Source: Polyangiaceae bacterium (GTDB lineage: Bacteria > Myxococcota_A > Polyangia > Polyangiales > Polyangiaceae). From it: a stretch of 64,000 nt of DNA. Positions 60,996 through 64,000 of this stretch are shown here, in pieces. Position numbers and translations under genes: made by a program. The stretch spans positions 496,334 to 560,333 of the forward strand of contig JAXLYR010000002.1 in assembly GCA_046351325.1 (NCBI GenBank), read 5' to 3'. Numbering within the stretch: the stretch's first letter is position 1; every line of letters begins with the position of its first letter. The notes below the pieces were generated by a model. That model was not told the origin of the DNA. It saw only the letters and a list, made by a program, of their open reading frames with translations, and made no database searches.

Positions 60996-61814
60996 TCAGG
61001 TTTGGATTCGCCGCTCGACCCTGCCGCCGCGCAGCACGGCGATCTCACCCTCGGCCATGGGCTCCCAGGGCTCGTCGCTGAGCGGCACGCTCGCCGCGAG
61101 CGCGACCTCTTGCTCGTCCGCGTGCTCGACGGAGACCCCGACGAGCGGGACGCCGTCCGCGGCCGCGCTGCACGTGCGACAGAGCAAATGCAGGCCTGGC
61201 GGGCGCATGGTGCCGTCGGACTGCGTTCGCTTGTGCGCGTGGGCGATGATCAACTCGCCGTCGCTGTAGAGGAAGTTCGCAGGCCCCAGCGTCCGAAGCT
61301 CGCGCGCGAACGGCGCGAGGCGCTCGAGGCGTGCGTCGAGCGCAGGCAGCTCGTCGCGACTGCAAGCTTCGTAGAGCGGCGCGAGCTGCTCGAGCAGCGC
61401 GCAGAACGCGTGCTCCGAGTCCGTCTCACCAACGGGTCGAAAGCGGCGCGCGGGGAAGCGCGCGTCCTGTTCGATGCCGGGCACCATCCCGTTGTGCGCG
61501 AACACGTGCATGCGACCGCCGAGCTCGCGCGCGAAGGGCTGCGTGTTGCAGAGCCTCGGCTTGCCCTGCGTGGCCTTGCGCACGTGCGCGATCGTCAGCG
61601 TCGCGCGCGGCTGGTACTCCTCGAAGAACTTCACCCAGCGGCTGTGCGCCGCGGCCTCGGGCGCGCGATGGATGAGCACGTCGCGATCGTCCGAGAGGCT
61701 CAGCCCCCAGCCGTCCGCGTGGGGGCCCGTCTCTCCGCCGTGCCGCGCGAGCTCGTCGAGCGAGAGCCGTACCGTCGTCGGATGCCGCGCCGCGATCGCG
61801 AGGAGCTCGCACAT
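60996..61814 (-). CDS. Class II (Ntn) glutamine amidotransferase-like protein
   Basis: Begins MCELLAIA, the catalytic Cys2 of class-II GATases (YafJ-like). Confidence 0.75.
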   Translation of the reverse strand: MCELLAIAARHPTTVRLSLDELARHGGETGPHADGWGLSLSDDRDVLIHRAPEAAAHSRWVKFFEEYQPRATLTIAHVRKATQGKPRLCNTQPFARELGGRMHVFAHNGMVPGIEQDARFPARRFRPVGETDSEHAFCALLEQLAPLYEACSRDELPALDARLERLAPFARELRTLGPANFLYSDGELIIAHAHKRTQSDGTMRPPGLHLLCRTCSAAADGVPLVGVSVEHADEQEVALAASVPLSDEPWEPMAEGEIAVLRGGRVERRIQT

Positions 61815-61834
61815 GGCTCCTCAGGCTAGCCGAC

Positions 61835-63556
61835 TCAGCGACCGTCGGAGCGCGCGGTCGCTGCCGTCTTCTCCGGCTGTTTGCGGTCCGCGGACGGCGC
61901 GGGCAACGAGCTGCCAGCGGGCAAGAACGTGGCCGCCGGCATGAGCTCCGAAAGGACGGGGAACTCCTTCGGCCATCCGTCCGTGAGGAACTGCTCCACC
62001 GCCGCGCGCTCTTCGCTCGTCCCTTGGAATTTTGCGCCTAGAGATATGTAAGTGCTTCCCGAAGCTTTCGCCGCTGTAAGCGCTGCGTCGCGGAGCTCGC
62101 CGATCCGTTTCACGAGCTCGACTCGCTTCGGCGAGGTGGACGCCGCGAGGGCGCGCAGCTCTTCGGCGAGCGCGATGCGCGCGAGCGCGACCGTCCCGCT
62201 CGCGCGGAGGACCCACTTCGGCGGAGGCTCCGGCTGCAGCTGCATGATCGCACCGAGGTCGTGCTCGAGCGCGTCGATCTCCGCGACGCGCGCCTTGTAC
62301 GAAGGGACCAGCGCGTCGACGAGGTACGCGTCTTCTTTGTTCGTGAGCGCGGCCTGCGCGGCCCCCTTCAGCGCCGGTGGTCGCGGCAGCTTCGCGTGCG
62401 GGCGCTTTGCGTCGTCCCACATCGCGACCTGGAAAGTCGCCTCGCCGATCGCGGTGAGGGCGCGCCCGAGCGCGCGCACCTCGAGCTCGCTCGCCATCTT
62501 CGCGACCAGTGGCATCCCGTTCGCGACCTCGCTCATGAGCTTGCGAGCCTCCGCGAGCTTGCCGCGGGCCGCGAGGTCGTGCGCCCCGAGGACGCGCGCC
62601 TCGAGCCTCGCGTCGAGGGGAGCGGCGCTCGAGAGGTTCACGGCCTGCGTGAGCCACTTGTTTGCGCTCTTCGCTCCGATGGCGTGCGACGGATCGTTCG
62701 CGTAGGCCGCCAGCCCGTAGGCGACGGTCGCCGCCTCACCCGTATGCGACGCGAAGAGCTTCAAGAAGAGGTCGCCGTCCGCGCTCGCGAGGTCGAACTC
62801 GGCGAGGGCGAGGCGCATCACGACAGCGTCGAAGAGAGCCGTGGGTGCCCCGTCCTCCTTCGGAAATTTCGACGCGAACTCTTCGTACGCGGCGGCTGCG
62901 CTTTCGTAGCGCGTGAGCGATCGGTTCATGTGCCCGCTACGCAAGACGAGCTCCCGCGTGATCGGGGACTCGAACTTCGGATCGGCGGCGATCGCCAGCT
63001 TCACGGTCTCGAGCGCCGTGTCGATCAGGCGCGCGGCCTGGAATGCTTTTACCGCGTTATAGTAAAGCTCGGGGCGCCTCGGGTTCTTGCTCTCCTCGGC
63101 GCTCTCCGCGAGGTCGCGATACATCGTCGCGGCCCGCTCGTAGTCCTTGCGGACGCTGACCTCGTCTCCCCCGCGGTCGGCCCGTTCGATGATGACCTGG
63201 GCGCGCAGGCGTCGGCCGTCGAGCTCCGCGCGAGCGAGCGTGGGGCAGAGCGCTGGCGGGTTCGCGGTGTCGCTGCAGTGGAGCGCACGCAGTCGACTCA
63301 CCGTCGAGATCATCTCCTCCAGCATGGCGTCGTCAACGGACGCGAGCGCCGAGAAGTCCTTCACGTAGTCGAGGGCTGCCGCACGCGAAGCCTCGCTCGT
63401 GTCCTCGAGCGCGCGCTCGGCGTCGGCCTCGAGCTTGGCTCTCGCCTCCGCGTCCGCTTGCTTCGACGGCGCAGCACTCACGTGTGACGCTGCAGTTGAC
63501 CCGACGGCCACGAGCGCGATCGTCAGCGAGAGGGCCCTCTGGACAAGGCTGCGCAT
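61835..63556 (-). CDS. Secreted alpha-helical (TPR-like) hypothetical protein
   Basis: Signal peptide MRSLVQRALSLTIALVAVGSTAASHVSA. Helical repeat composition throughout. Confidence 0.55.
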   Translation of the reverse strand: MRSLVQRALSLTIALVAVGSTAASHVSAAPSKQADAEARAKLEADAERALEDTSEASRAAALDYVKDFSALASVDDAMLEEMISTVSRLRALHCSDTANPPALCPTLARAELDGRRLRAQVIIERADRGGDEVSVRKDYERAATMYRDLAESAEESKNPRRPELYYNAVKAFQAARLIDTALETVKLAIAADPKFESPITRELVLRSGHMNRSLTRYESAAAAYEEFASKFPKEDGAPTALFDAVVMRLALAEFDLASADGDLFLKLFASHTGEAATVAYGLAAYANDPSHAIGAKSANKWLTQAVNLSSAAPLDARLEARVLGAHDLAARGKLAEARKLMSEVANGMPLVAKMASELEVRALGRALTAIGEATFQVAMWDDAKRPHAKLPRPPALKGAAQAALTNKEDAYLVDALVPSYKARVAEIDALEHDLGAIMQLQPEPPPKWVLRASGTVALARIALAEELRALAASTSPKRVELVKRIGELRDAALTAAKASGSTYISLGAKFQGTSEERAAVEQFLTDGWPKEFPVLSELMPAATFLPAGSSLPAPSADRKQPEKTAATARSDGR

Positions 63557-63604
63557 GAACTGCCCTAGACAGCGCGCGGGCGCCTTTGTTCCAAGCGCTC
63601 GCGC

Positions 63605-64000
63605 TCACGACAGCCAGACGAGCCCACCGCGCGAGGCGTCGTTGCCGATCGCGCGCTTCATGGTCTTGAGGTTCGGGCGCGACCGCTCGAGCACCTCGAG
63701 GTGAGCCTCGAACTCGTCGACCCGCTCGTCCGCGGCGCGCAATGGAAGAAAGAGGATCGGCCCGTCGTCGCCAGCCGAAGAGCACCCGTCGAGCACGAGC
63801 TCGAGGACCCGTCGCCTCGTCTCGGCCGGCCCTGGCGCAGGCGCGAGCGTCGGCTCGAACCAGCAGAGCGCCCACGACCCCGCGAGCGCGACAGACTCCC
63901 GCGCGGACTCGCGCACCACGCTGTCGACGTCCACCCCGACGAGGACCCCGAGCAACACCTCCCTTCTGCCGGTCGCGCGGCGCCGCGACAGGAGCTCATT
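63605..64000 (-). CDS. Hypothetical protein, 3' part only. The gene continues beyond the window end.
   Basis: Open frame runs to the window edge. Two overlapping minus frames exist and no motif is recognised. Confidence 0.25.
   Translation of the reverse strand, partial: NELLSRRRATGRREVLLGVLVGVDVDSVVRESARESVALAGSWALCWFEPTLAPAPGPAETRRRVLELVLDGCSSAGDDGPILFLPLRAADERVDEFEAHLEVLERSRPNLKTMKRAIGNDASRGGLVWLS

Noticed and set aside
63605-63999. Choice between two overlapping minus-strand frames at the window edge
   Set aside because: Cannot be resolved from 400 bp. Only a low-confidence partial CDS is reported.

Overview
This 64-kb window has about 70% GC and is densely coding. It looks like chromosomal DNA from a myxobacterium (Myxococcota). 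Two secreted proteases end in MYXO-CTERM-type sorting tails (Gly-rich stretch, GCxC, transmembrane helix, Arg-rich tail). There are many lipoproteins with Gly/Ser-rich tethers, and two eukaryotic-like Ser/Thr kinases. No rRNA or tRNA genes, CRISPR arrays, transposases or integrases were seen. I call about 50 CDS.

Housekeeping and ordinary content:
- methylmalonyl-CoA mutase operon (mutA 3' end, mutB, meaB)
- aldo/keto reductase, dienelactone hydrolase, FAD monooxygenase, FadD-type acyl-CoA ligase
- scoA-scoB-accD, LOG and GNAT genes, uracil-DNA glycosylase, M14 and S8 peptidases, an OmpA-domain lipoprotein, a serpin

Most notable:
- A three-gene minus-strand operon at 56.3-61.8 kb. One protein fuses an ATP-dependent RNA ligase domain (KxDG) to a P-loop polynucleotide-kinase domain. 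A ~946-aa protein combines an MJ1316/DUF504-like domain, an EEP nuclease/phosphatase domain, a 2H-phosphoesterase-like domain and a pol-beta-type nucleotidyltransferase domain. Together they carry every activity of a Trl1-like RNA 'healing and sealing' pathway, split over two polypeptides.
- A photoactive-yellow-protein (PYP) domain, with the chromophore Cys in an APCT motif, fused to what looks like a XylR_N/V4R-type effector-binding module. It is translationally adjacent to a Ser/Thr kinase.
- An N-terminally truncated threonyl-tRNA synthetase with no TGS or editing domains.
- A nine-heme c-type cytochrome lipoprotein with a collagen-like (G-X-Y)n segment.
- A cassette of membrane SGNH hydrolase, O-carbamoyltransferase, and SxtJ/SxtK-like small membrane proteins.

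All calls rest on motif recognition by eye. No searches were run.
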